From Eledone cirrhosa (lineage: Eukaryota), in NCBI GenBank assembly GCA_964016885.1, contig OZ024741.1, positions 233,864,001-233,928,000 on the forward strand: 64,000 bases of DNA, given 5' to 3'. This document shows, piece after piece, positions 1 through 12,079 of the stretch. Position 1 is the first letter of the stretch; every line of letters starts with the position of its first letter. The notes under the pieces are model-generated. The model had not been told where the DNA came from. It saw nothing but the letters and a program-made list of their open reading frames with translations, and did no database searches. The translations under genes were made by a program, and so were the position numbers.

Positions 1-11
1 ATATATATATA

Positions 12-50
<39 letters not shown>

Positions 51-83
51 ATATATATATATATATATATGTGTGTGTATATA

Positions 84-791
84 TCATCATCATCATCATC
101 ATCAACGTTTAACGTCCGTGTTCCACGCTTGCATGGGTTTGGACGGGGGTAGTCCCACTTGAGGCAAGAGTGATTGTCTTGCTCGCATAGGACTGTCTGG
201 CAGGTTTTCTACAGTTGGATGCCCTTCCTAACACCAACCACATTTACAGTGTGGGTCTGGGAGGTTTTTACCGTGTTGCCTACACGGCCACATTACAGCG
301 TGGACTGTGTGTTTTTTTGTCGTGACACCTACACGATCTCATTTGTTTCGGCCTCGATGGCGCGGCACCAACATAACTTTACATAGAACGGGGTGGTGTG
401 GATGGGGTAGGGGTGGGGGTGGTGGGACGGGGTGTATTTTGTTAGGGATGCCTACTGGCTGGAGTAGGTTTTACTATATATTTAGGTAAGGCGGGTCTTC
501 TCTGTTACTGAGTACCGCCAAAGGTCTCGGTCCAGTGACATTGTCTTGGAGAGGTGTAAGTGTGTGATGTCGGAGTTTATCAGCTCGTCCCAGGTTTTTC
601 TAGGTCTGCCTATTCCGTGACTACCGTCTATCTTTATTGCCCTGCACTTTGTTATACAGCTATCGACTTTCATGCGCATCACGTGTCCATACCAACGTAG
701 CCTTCTCTCGAGTAAACAACATCTGATCCCTCTTATCTCTAATTTTTTCCTTAGTTCGTTTATGCTTTGCCGTTCACGTATATTACTGTTA
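84..791 (-). mobile_element. RTE LINE family A, 5'-truncated (RT C-terminus, 3'UTR, (TGA)n tail)
   Basis: ORF 482-682 (GRPRKTW...RDLWR); ~390-bp 3'UTR ending GGACGTTAAACGT(TGA)n; flanked by TA arrays. Confidence 0.95.
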
Positions 792-826
792 TATATATAT
801 ATATATATATATGTAAATATATATAA

Positions 827-890
<64 letters not shown>

Positions 891-895
891 ATATA

Positions 896-3800
896 TCATC
901 ATCATCATCATCATAGTTTAACGTCCATGTTCCACGCTTGCATGGGTTTGGACGGGCGTCTTCCCACTTGAGGCAAGAGTGGTTGTCTTGCTCGCATAGG
1001 ACTGTCTGGCGGGTTTTCTACAGCTGGATGCCCTTCCTAACACCAACCACATTTACAGTGTGGGACTGGGAGGTTTTTACCGTGTTACCTACACGGCCAC
1101 ATTACAGCGTGGACTGTGTGTTTTTTTTGTCGTGACACCTACACGATCTCATTTGTTTCGGCCTGGATGTTGTGGCCCCAACACAACTTTACATTGAAAG
1201 GGGCGGTGTGGTGGGACGGGGGTGTATTTTGTTAGAGATGCCTACTGACTGTAATAGGTTTTACTTTGTATTTAGGTAAGGCGGGTCTTCTCTATTACTG
1301 AGTACCGCCAAAGATCTCGGTCCAGTGACATTGTCTTGGAGAGGTGTAAGTGTGTGAGGTCGGAATTTATCAGGTCGTCCCAGGTTTTTGTGGGTCTGCC
1401 TACTCCGTGGCTACCGTCTATCTTTATTGCCCTGCACTTTTTTATACAGCTGTCGTCTTTCATGCGCATTACGTGACCATAACAACGTAGCTTTCTCTCG
1501 AGTAAACAACATCTGATCCCTCTTACTTCTAATTTTTCCCTTAGTTTGTTTATGCTTTGCCGTTCGCGTATATTACTATTACACACCCAGTGGAGCATGC
1601 AAGCTTCGTTCCTCTCCAGTCTGCGTATATTCTCTGCACACAATGCCCAGGTCTCACTGCCATGCAACATTGCTGTTCGTATGCAGGCATCATACAGCCT
1701 GCCTTTCATTTTTAGGGAGAACCCTTTAGCGGCTAATAGTGGTATAAGCTCTTAGAACTTTTTTCATCCAGTTCTGACTCTAGCTACTGTACTTTCAGAG
1801 CACCCTCCCCCACTGCTGATTTTGTCACCCAGATAACGGAAGCTGTCCACTATTTCTATAGAACCCTCTGCGCAATTGAAAGAGCTAGTATTTTGTGGGC
1901 GCTTGCTGCTACTTATTGCACCAGAGGACCGGCCATGTGTAAAATTTATGTTCTTAGTTAGCTTACCTATGATCCCACTACATCTTTTATGCACCCATAC
2001 TTTGCATTTGGGACATAAAATGGAGTTTCTACCTACGCCTTTCCTACACACTGAGCATGGCCATTTCCCGGAAGGGACTGGTGCCTTCTTTTCTTTCCTA
2101 CAAACTAGAACTTTAGTCTTAGCCAGGTTAATTTTAAGGCCTTTTGATTCTAGGCCGTGCTTCCATGTTTGGAATTTCTTCTCTAGTTCGGCCATTGATT
2201 CAGCTATGAGCGTTAGATCATCTGCGTATAAGAGTTCCCATGGGAGGCGGTCTTGAACTCCACTGTTATAGCCTGCAGGGCAATAATAAATAGTAGGGGG
2301 CTAAGAACAGAGCCCTGATGAACACGAACTTTTACGCTAAACTCTTCACTATATTCGTTGTTAATTCTAACCTTGCTGACTGTTTCTTTATACATGGCTT
2401 GTATAGCTCTCACAAGCCATTCATCAACACCTAGTTTTCTAAGAGCCCACCAGATACTGGAACGGGGGACTCTGTCGAAGGCTTTCTCCAAGTCGACAAA
2501 AGCTAAGTATAGGGGTTTACTTTTAGCTAGGTACTTCTCCTGTAGTTGTCATACAATGAAAAGAGCGTCTGTGGTACTTTTACCTGACACAAACCCGAAC
2601 TGCATTTCATCTAGATCAATTCTCTTTCTGATTAGTTGCGCTATTACTTTTTCCGTGACCTTCATGACCTGGTCGATTAATTTAATGCCTATATAGTTAC
2701 TCCTATCTAGGGCATCTCCCTTACCCTTGTAACAGTTAATGATAATGCTGCTACGCCAGTCCTTCGGAACAACCCCATTCTGTATGACTTGGTTTACTAT
2801 CCGGGTGACCATGGTGTATCCCACCGTTCCAGAGGCTTTCAGCATCTCAGCAACTATTTCCGAAGGCCCAGCCGCCTTACCCGTCTTCATATCTTTGATT
2901 GCCTTACTTATTATACTACCTTCAACTAACACTGCTGGTCCCTCTATTGGGTCGATGTGGGGGAGACTGTCTTTCTCCCATTTATTCTCCTCATTTAGTA
3001 GCCTTTCATAGTGGCACTTCCAAGCTACTTTCTTATCAGCGTCAGTGGTGGCAAGTACGCCATCATCGTTAAGTACACACTTCTCCCCGACAATATCACG
3101 GTTTTCCTTGACACATTGCCTAGCAATCCTGAACACTTCACGTTTTTGGTCCTCGCGTTGTAGAACATGCTTGAACTTTCTTTCCTCTGCTTCCCTTCTT
3201 GCGAAGTACACTTGTCTCCTAGCTTCCCTCCTGGCCACTTGATAGTCTTCTCTACTTCCCTCATCCCGTCATACTTTCCAAGCCTGCTTTTTGGCCTTAA
3301 TTGACTCCTCCACCTTACTGTTCCACCACCATGTTACTCTCCTCCTGCCTATAGGCCTGCTCCGGTCACAGACTTCGTCTGCCGCCATCAGCAGGTTTGC
3401 TTTCAGGAATTCCCACTGTTCCTCTATATTGTACGACTCTAAATGCTCTTCCTTACTGTCGAAAGCATCAAGTAATATGCTTTGAAATTTATTTCTGGCT
3501 GTGGGGTCCTTTATCTTCCATATTTTTCTCCTGAGGATAGTCCTCTTCTGCTGTCGAGTACGTCTCGTCCTGACTATGAGGTCGCTAATTATCAGTCTAT
3601 GTTAGGAGGTGCATTCTTCATGGGGGAGGGATTTAGTGTTTACAACAGACACTCTGTCACGTCTTCTGGTAAGGATATAATCTACCTGGCTGGTATATTC
3701 CCCTGATCTGTAGGCGATCAAGTGATTGTCTCGTTTTTTGAAGTTAGTGTTACAGATAGGTAGGTTATTTGTGTCACAGAATTCCAGGATTCTGGAGCCT

Positions 3801-4442
3801 TCCTCATTTCTAGTACCAAACCCATAGCCTCCGTGGATTCCATCATAGCCGTCACAATGTTGTCCAACGTGACCATTTAGGTCGCCAGCAATAATTATAT
3901 AGTCACTGTCGGTTATTTGGGAGGTAGTGAGCATCAGTGTCTCATAGAAACTGTCTTTTATAGCGCCAGGCAGTCCGGATTGGGGCGCGTACGCAGATAT
4001 TATCGTCACAGTAGTTCTATTTAGAACAAGTCTTATTTTAATTATTCTGTCGTTTACTCTATTTACGTCTATTATCTTATCCACCCATTTTTCTGCTAAC
4101 ATGATTCCTACCCCACCCAGCCCATTGTCATTTCCCACCCAGAAAAGCTTATAGCATCGTTTTTTACCCACAATGAATCTAGCAGACCCGCCCCTCCACC
4201 TGGTCTCTTGGATACAGCAGACATCAACCTCCTTACGTTCAAGCATTTCTACAACCTCGTTAGAGCGGCCTTTTAAGGTCCCTACGTTCATGGTACCAAC
4301 TCTGAATTTTGGATTGCGTTTGGTGGGTGGGGTGCAGGGAGGGGTGAGGTGGATGGGGTTGGGGTTATGTTGGCCATCCGCGGCCGCAACAAAGAGGGGG
4401 GGCCTTGCCCTTACGTCCGGCAGCATGAGGTGAATTTGTTGT
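896..4442 (-). mobile_element. RTE LINE family A, near full-length, disrupted by frameshifts and stops
   Basis: Consecutive ORF pieces 3602-4426 (APE: GTMNV, IQETRW, GDLNGHVG, QVDY), 2549-3238 and 2213-2491 (RT: [17 protein letters not shown]), 1764-2195, 1272-1709; (TGA)n tail at 896-913; 5' boundary uncertain. Confidence 0.95.
4367..4442 (-). ncRNA. Candidate HDV-like ribozyme at the RTE-A 5' end (partial fold)
   Basis: P1 ACAACAA/TTGTTGC, P3 AGG/TCT with C7 loop, GG, P4 CCG-CGGA-TGG, CCAA; P2 poorly supported. Confidence 0.3.
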
Positions 4443-4854
4443 TATCTTTTGCATTGTCTTCGGGTGTCCAGATTCTTCAGACTCTCCAGAAATTCCCTAG
4501 TTCATCTATCATATCGAAAAGCAACCAGAAGTGATAGCATAGGCCGTTGACTTGTGATTGGTCCAAATAATAAGGTGGAGAGTGGGGGCGGGAGGGAGGG
4601 ATATGGGGTAGTTTGCGAGGAGCAGACTTATTTTTTTTTTTTTAGAACAGTGAGACAGAATTATAGAAAGACAATTATGAATACAATTTTTTTTTATTCT
4701 GGGGGATTATAAGATATATAGATGAATGAACCAAAGAGTGGGGTGGAGAGTTGAGAAGAAAATGAGATATGTACGTTACATTTCTTAGAAGTAGACTGAC
4801 CGACCGACCATCATAATAGTTGACAAATTCTGAGTTTTGTCCCCCGTAACCAGA

Positions 4855-4960
4855 CTTATCCTTACGGGGTCGATAAAATAAAGTACCAGTCACGCACTGA
4901 GGTCGATTTAATCGACTGTCCCCTCCCCCAAATTGCTGGCCTTGTGCCTATATAAGAAAC
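4855..4960 (+). mobile_element. Partial Nin/Deu-domain SINE
   Basis: ATCCTTACGGGGTCGATAAAATAAAGTACCAG core, shared with 4962-5157 and 6397-6560. Confidence 0.75.
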
Positions 4961-4961
4961 T

Positions 4962-5157
4962 GTGGTTTGGCAGTATCGGTAGAGGGTCGGACAACATGCT
5001 TTGTAGCACAGAGTTACGCCCCTTTCTGATCTGAGTTCAAATCCTGCCGAGGTTAACTTTGCCTTTCATCCTTACAGGGTCGATAAAATAAAGTACCAGT
5101 AATGCACTGGGTAATTGCTGGCCTTGTGCCAAAAGTAGAAACAATTATTATTATTAT
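4962..5157 (+). mobile_element. tRNA-derived SINE with Nin/Deu-like core and (ATT)n tail
   Basis: A-box-like TGGCAGTATCGG, B-box GAGTTCAAATC, GCCTTTCATCCTTACAGGGTCGATAAAATAAAGTACCAG core, (ATT)n tail. Confidence 0.85.
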
Positions 5158-6396
5158 TCTAAAGTTCGAGTTTGTAGGAAAGAAAATAAGGCGGCGGTCC
5201 CTTCTGGGAAATGGTCGTGCTCGGTGTGTAGGAAAGGCGTAGGTAGAAACTCCATTTTATGTCCTAAATGCAAAGTATGGGTGCATAAAAGATGTAGTGG
5301 GATCACAGGTAAGCTAACTAAGAACATAGATTTTACATGTGGCCGGTGCTCTGGTGCAATAAGTAGCAGCAAGTGCCCACAAAATACTAGCTCTTACAAC
5401 TGCGCAGAGGGTTCTATAGAAATAGTGGACAGCTTCCGTTACCTGGGTGATAAAATCAGCAGTGGGGGAGGGTGCTCTGAAAGTACAGTAGCTAGAGTCA
5501 GAACTGGTTGGAAAAAGTTCAGAGAGCTTATACCACTATTAGCTGCTAAAGGGTTCTCCCTAAAAATGAAAGGCAGGTTGTACGATGCCTGCATACGAAC
5601 AGCAATGTTGCATGGCAGTGAGACCTGGTCATTGTGTGCAGAGGATATACGCAGACTAGAGAGGAACGAAGCTTGCATGCTCCGCTGGATGTGTAACAGT
5701 AATATACGTGAACGGCAAAGCATAAACGAACTAAGGAAAAAATTAGAAATAAGAGGGATCAGATGTTGTTTACTCGAGAGAAGGCTACGTTGGTATGGAC
5801 ACGTGATGCGCATGAAAGTCGATAGCTGTATAACAAAGTGCAGGGCAATAAAGATAGACGGTAGCCACGGAATAGGCAGACCTAGAAAAACCTGGGACGA
5901 GCTGATAAACTCCGACCTCACACACTTACACCTCTCCAAGACAATGTCACTGGACCGAGACCTTTGGCGGTACTCAGTAACAGAGAAGACCCGCCTTACC
6001 TAAATACATAGTAAAACCTACTACAGCCAGTAGGCATCTCTAACAAAATACACCCCCGTCCCACCCCCACCACCCCCACCTCATCCACACCACCCCGTTC
6101 TATGTAAAGTTATGTTGGTGCCACACCATCCAGGCCGAAACAAATGAGATCGTGTAGGTGTCACGACAAAAAACACACAGTCCACGCTGTAATGTGGCCG
6201 TGTAGGCAACACGGTAAAAACCTCCCAGCCCCACACTGTAAATGTGGTTGGTGTTAGGAAGGGCATCCAGCTGTAGAAAACCTGCCAGACAGTCCTATGC
6301 GAGCAAGACAATCACTCTTGCCTCAAGTGGGACTACCCCCGTCCAAACCCATGCAAGCGTGGAACACGGACGTTAAACGTTGATGATGATGATGAT
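5158..6396 (+). mobile_element. RTE LINE family A, 5'-truncated
   Basis: ORF 5224-6003 (Cys-rich finger plus RT C-terminus), 3'UTR, (TGA)n tail. Confidence 0.95.
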
Positions 6397-6560
6397 TAGG
6401 GCGGAGAGTTACGGCCCTTGCCATTCTGAGTTCAAATCCCGCCGAAGTTAACTTTGCCTTTCATCCTTACGGGGTCGATAAAATAAAGTACCAGTAATAC
6501 ACTGATATAATTGCTGGCCTTGTGCCAAAAGTAGAAACAATTATTATTATTATTATTATT
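6397..6560 (+). mobile_element. Nin/Deu-domain SINE, 5'-truncated
   Basis: B-box, same core and tail as 4962-5157. Confidence 0.85.
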
Positions 6561-6895
6561 ACTCTTTGAGTCTCAGTCCTTGATGTTAGTTAACTGGAAA
6601 GTTTGTTGAAATGAATATCAAGCCACTACCTGCAGCCTCAGATATTCAGGACGTATCGGAGGGTTCTTGCTGTTTGCTGTTCCCAGCAAGCATGCCTTTT
6701 GAAGCGTTCCAAAAAGCGTGAAGGGGCCAATTTTCTTTAACCATCCCTGGAAACTTTTTGAGATAGTCCCTAGTGCGCCTATGACAATCGGGACCACTTT
6801 GACTTCATGGCAGTTCCAAATCCTTTTTACCTCCCACTTTAAGTCCTGGTATCGGTTAATTTTCTCCCTCTCCTTCTCTTGCACTCTCGTGTCGA
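6540..6895 (-). mobile_element. R4/Dong-type non-LTR element 3' end (restriction-like endonuclease C-terminus)
   Basis: ORF 6618-6884 KINRYQDLKWEV...VVPIVIGALG...LQKACLLGTA; ends in (TAA)n. Confidence 0.85.
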
Positions 6896-6912
6896 ATATA
6901 TATATATATATA

Positions 6913-7584
6913 TCGTTTCTGAATTTGTTTAGTAAGATTCTTTATCTGAAAACGTGAGTTGAAACCGATATTGTTATACTTTGGGACGGTCATGTTGCCA
7001 ATAAGAAACACACGCACCAGTTGCTTTCACTTCAATTTATTATAATAAATTGATAAATTTAGGAATTTATAAATTTCCGGTTGGTTGGTTGGTTCCACAA
7101 CCAGATGGTTGTTTTCTATTGTCAAAGTTCTTTCGTCACACATTTTGTGACCACTTCAGTGACTGGGGATTCTTTTCTTTGTTTTTGTGCCTCTCCTTTG
7201 TTCTGTCCTATGCCATCTTGTTTCTGTGTGTGTGTTTATATTCGTTTATTTATTTGTTTATTTACATGTTACTGGTTGGTTGTTTGTTCTATGTGCGTGT
7301 GTGTTTTTATTTTGTCCTTAATTGTAAGTTGTGATGATGCTGTTCCACTCATGTTTTCTATTTAATTTTGGTTGTAATTCTTTTATGTTTATTGCTTCTG
7401 TGATTTGTCTAAACATTGCGTCTTTTCTGTGTGTAGATTCTATTTTTATTTCTATGTTCTCTAATTTACCCTTATGTTCTATTTTAGCATGTTGGTAGAG
7501 TACAGATGATTCTTTACTATCTTGAAGGTCTCGCCAGTGTTCATTTATCCGTTCCCCTACACTACGAGCTGTCTCACCTATATA
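6913..7584 (-). mobile_element. Penelope-like element 3' fragment (GIY-YIG C-half plus pseudo-LTR)
   Basis: ORF 7318-7587 YIGETARS...R..EH...H...H...RQITEA...LNRKHEW. Confidence 0.85.
7121..7163 (-). ncRNA. Hammerhead-like motif (variant core)
   Basis: GTCA-CTGAAGTG-GTCACA(aaatg)TGTGAC-GAAA-G(aa)C-TT-TGAC: stems I and II perfect, A9 replaced. Confidence 0.6.
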
Positions 7585-7648
7585 CATATATATAAATACA
7601 TATATATATATATATGTAATTACATATTTATATGTATATATATATATA

Positions 7649-7700
<52 letters not shown>

Positions 7701-7728
7701 ATTACATATTTATATGTATATATATATA

Positions 7729-7791
<63 letters not shown>

Positions 7792-7822
7792 GTAATTACA
7801 TATTTATATGTATATATATATA

Positions 7823-7885
<63 letters not shown>

Positions 7886-7914
7886 GTAATTACATATTTA
7901 TATGTATATATATA

Positions 7915-7959
<45 letters not shown>

Positions 7960-7992
7960 GTATATTATATATATATATATATATATATATGC

Positions 7993-8042
<50 letters not shown>

Positions 8043-8107
8043 GTGTGTGTATATATATATATATATGTGTGTGTGTATATATATATATGTGTGTATATAT
8101 ATATATA

Positions 8108-8150
<43 letters not shown>

Positions 8151-8359
8151 ATATATATATATGTGTGTGTGTGTATATATATATATGTGTGTGTGTATAT
8201 ATATATATATGTGTGTGTATATATATATGTGTGTGTGTATATATATATGTGTGTGTGTATATATATATGTGTGTGTGTATATATATATATATATGTGTGT
8301 GTGTATATATATATATATATATGTGTGTGTATATATATATATGTGTGTGTGTATATATA

Positions 8360-8450
<91 letters not shown>

Positions 8451-8478
8451 GTATATATATATATATATATACACACAC

Positions 8479-8561
<83 letters not shown>

Positions 8562-8566
8562 TATAT

Positions 8567-8605
<39 letters not shown>

Positions 8606-8606
8606 G

Positions 8607-8653
<47 letters not shown>

Positions 8654-8780
8654 TTATGTATATATATATATGTATATATGTGTGTGTATATATATATGTA
8701 TATATGTGTGTGTGTATATATATATATGTATATATATATGTATATATATATATATGTATATATATATGTATATATATATA
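7585..8780. repeat. Interrupted (TA)n/(TG)n array with higher-order units
   Basis: TA repeat with TG interruptions; marker TATGTAATTACATATTTA recurs four times between about 7613 and 7900. Confidence 0.95.
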
Positions 8781-8890
8781 TCATCATCATCATCATCATC
8801 ATTTTACGTCCGCTTTTCCCTGCTTGCAAGGGTGGGACGGGTCTTATTCAGCACAGCATCTCTCCACTCGTCACGGTCCCTCGTCATCAT
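8781..8890 (-). mobile_element. RTE family B extreme 3' end
   Basis: Matches 20455-20557 (CCCACCCTTGCAAGCAGGG...GGACGTAAAA(TGA)n). Confidence 0.9.
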
Positions 8891-9228
8891 ATATGTATAT
8901 GTATATATGTATATGTATAAATGTATATATTTATATGTATATATATATGTGTATATATATATGTATATATATATATGTATATATATATATATGAATATAT
9001 ATATATATGTATATAGTATTTACGTATCGAGAAAGAGAGAAAAAGGAGGGATAGGTGATACATATAGTTATTTGCCAAGTAGCGTATGCCAAAGGTGCTC
9101 GATACTAGTGCCGGCAGTATTAAATATTCGAAGTGTTAATATTTAGTGGGCTAGAGAGTTAGCAGAGCGTAAGCACGTGGGAAAGTAAAAATTCGGAGAA
9201 TAGACCGTTAAAACATGTTTATTTAAAA

Positions 9229-9273
9229 TATCACCTACGTACGTTTCGCCCAGTTGGGCTTCTCAAGGGCATA
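9229..9273 (-). ncRNA. Minimal type I hammerhead, U3-A8 variant (element sense copy)
   Basis: TATGCCC-TTGAGAA-GCCC(aact)GGGC-GAAAC-GTAC-GTA-GGTGATA. Confidence 0.75.
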
Positions 9274-11169
9274 AATAATCACAAGTGTTCCCTATATAGT
9301 TCGGAAAGAGTTTTGGGGGTTAAATCTACATCAAGATTCATTGCTCGCAAAAATATCTTGTTTTGATTTTGCAGCAGGTCAAGGGAGGTAACTCTGGCCG
9401 GTGTTAGGGCAGTCTTTCCCGGATAATTTTTTTTTTTTTTTTTTTTTTTTGCCGCATCCGTTTGTCTGAGGCTGGGTCTGGTATGCAAGGATTGTTTTCT
9501 GGGTGTTATTTTGCTGCGCCTGCCCGCCGGGGTGTTAAGACTTGTTGCAGGGAGATCCAGTGTACTATTTCACTCTTCATTCTTAACCCATCTAAAGAAG
9601 GATATTTTTAAGCGATGTGTACAACTTATCGCTGTTTCGGCTCTGCTGTTGATGAGCTCGTGGGGTGCAGTTATGATGTGGTAGAGCTCCATGAGGCAAA
9701 GATCGCATTTCCTCTTGAAGTTGTACGGTGCAGCCCTGCCGACAATCTCCCAGTGCGTGGAGAAGCTGATGTTTAAGTCCTTTAGTAATGTGATGTAGTC
9801 CGCTAGCGAAGTGGAGTGCCTTAGTTTTCTATTTGTGAAAGAGTGGAGATGTGTTCGAAACCTAATTTTGAACGGGCCGGAGGTGGCCCTTATATAATGT
9901 TTAACGCTATTGTGGCTAGTAATAGTGCATCTATATATAACCCTATCAGTCAAGCAGTATCCTCTAAGGGGGCAGCGTCCTCTGTCGCGGCAGTTGCAAT
10001 TTCTGTCGCGGTTCCGTCTATTTCCCACGGTAAGGCTATCATTGTTGCTGCCTACATTGCTACCTACGCTACCGCAGCTGTCATTAGCACAATTACAACC
10101 CACAGCACGCGGGATGGTGCGATTGTTATTCCGCACGTCATGTTCTGCATGTTCCCCAGTCACTTCGCGGTCATTCTGGTTGCGTCTGCGGATGCCGTTG
10201 CCAACACTATTGGATGCTGTCAGGGAGTTGTTAAGGCCGATATAGTTATTGTCAGGTGTAGGTGCGTCTGTGTCGAGGTGCTGTGTCTTGGTGATCTTAC
10301 TGTGGTTCGTTGTTCCTATGATGTCTGCTAGGTTAGGAGTAGTAGAGAAGGATATTTTTATATTGTTCCTATTAAGAATTTTTCTATACCTATGGTTGGG
10401 TGGGAAGTTCTTCTCTAAGGCTTCGAAGAATATCCGGGGTATGTTGGAGGCCACACTTCGAGAGTAGGGGGGGGTGGAACCATAGGACGTTACGGTGGCG
10501 ATTACGTGTCCTTGTACTTTTGCTACGGGTGGTTCGATCTAAGTGATCGCTCTTATGTGTGTTAATGCGCTGTCGCCTGTTCGGTGCCCCTTTCACTTTA
10601 TGCTTGGGTGCACTCTTCCTACCTCTTCCATGTTTATGTACACGAAGATGTTGGTTGGAAGGCGTTGGTAGTAGGCCGTCGCCTTTGTTGGTTTTGTAAT
10701 AGGGGAATAGTTTGAGTAATCTACAGTATTGATCTTTGGTGCGGTTATCTATTCTATTATATCCGACTTTAACGAGGTCACAGGTATGGCTTACTATAAC
10801 GTTAGTTTTATGAGGGGGGTGGTTTCTAGAGCTAGCGTTAGGGATGTAGGAAATTCCTCGGTTAAAGCCGGCGCTTATCAGGGCCCTATTGTAGTAATCA
10901 GCCGCTTGGTTGAAGATATCCTCATTGGCGGATAGCCTCGAGATTCTATGTGAGATACTATAGACTATGGAGTTGAGAGTCTGCTTAGGGTGGTTGGAGG
11001 CATAATTAATATAAGAGAGGCACTCTCCAGGCTTATGGTATGGCTTGTATAAGCCCGTACTCAGCTCCAGGGTCACGTCCAGGAAGTTGACAACCCTGTG
11101 GTTGAGGTCCATAGTTACGGATAGGCCGTGTGACTTAAAGAACCTATATAGGGAACACTTGTGATTATT

Positions 11170-11214
11170 TATGCCCTTGAGAAGCCCAACTGGGCGAAAC
11201 GTACGTAGGTGATA
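11170..11214 (+). ncRNA. Minimal type I hammerhead, U3-A8 variant (inverted pLTR copy)
   Basis: Identical inverted copy of 9229-9273; AATAAA at 11220. Confidence 0.75.
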
Positions 11215-11268
11215 TTTTAAATAAACATGTTTTAACGGTCTATTCTCCGAATTTTTACTTTCCCACGT

Positions 11269-11308
11269 ATATATGTATATATATATATGTGAATATATAT
11301 ATATATGA

Positions 11309-11359
<51 letters not shown>

Positions 11360-11634
11360 TGTATATATATGTATATATACATAGATATATATATACATAT
11401 ATATTTACATATATATATACACATATATATATATACATATATATATACATATACATATATATATATACATATACATATATACATATATATACATATATAT
11501 ACATATATATATATATACATATATATATATACATATATATATATACATATATATATATACATATATATATATACATATATATACATATATATACATATAT
11601 ATATATATATACACATATATATACATATATATAC

Positions 11635-11679
<45 letters not shown>

Positions 11680-11757
11680 CATAAATATATATACAAATAT
11701 ATATACATACATATATATATACATATATATATATACAAATATATATTTATATATATA
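11269..11757. repeat. Interrupted (TA)n array
   Basis: TA repeat switching from TG-type to CA-type near 11375. Confidence 0.95.
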
Positions 11758-11880
11758 TCATCATTTCATTTTCATCATCATTTCATATTACATCCGCTTT
11801 TCCCTGCTTGCAAGGGTGGGACGGGAACTGATTCTGGCTTGATTTCTACAGCTGGATGCCCTTCCTAACACCAACCTCAT
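11758..11880 (-). mobile_element. 3' end of SINE carrying an RTE-B-type tail
   Basis: Matches 17330-17400 plus the RTE-B terminal sequence. Confidence 0.8.
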
Positions 11881-11884
11881 ATAC

Positions 11885-11920
<36 letters not shown>

Positions 11921-11956
11921 ATATATATATATACATATATACATATATATATACAA

Positions 11957-12001
<45 letters not shown>

Positions 12002-12079
12002 CAAATATATATATATATACATATATATACAAATATATATAAATATATATATACATATATATATATATACATATATATA

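Larger units (their letters stand above)
9015..11268 (-). mobile_element. Penelope-like element, 5'-truncated, with inverted pseudo-LTR copy
   Basis: RT C-terminus ([22 protein letters not shown]) in 10390-11140; WFHPP then frameshift at a G8 run; CNC..CPL.G.C linker and VIY..YIR GIY-YIG in 9570-10454; 9175-9299 is inverted at 11144-11268. Confidence 0.92.

Noticed and set aside
174-489. Recurrent short ORFs MSCSHRTVW... and MCFFVVTPT..., and ORFs antisense to RT
   Set aside because: Antisense reading of RTE 3'UTR or ORF; they recur only because the element is repeated
4550-4600. CCAAT box and GC box upstream of the full-length RTE-A
   Set aside because: Short motifs; cannot tell element promoter from flank with only one copy
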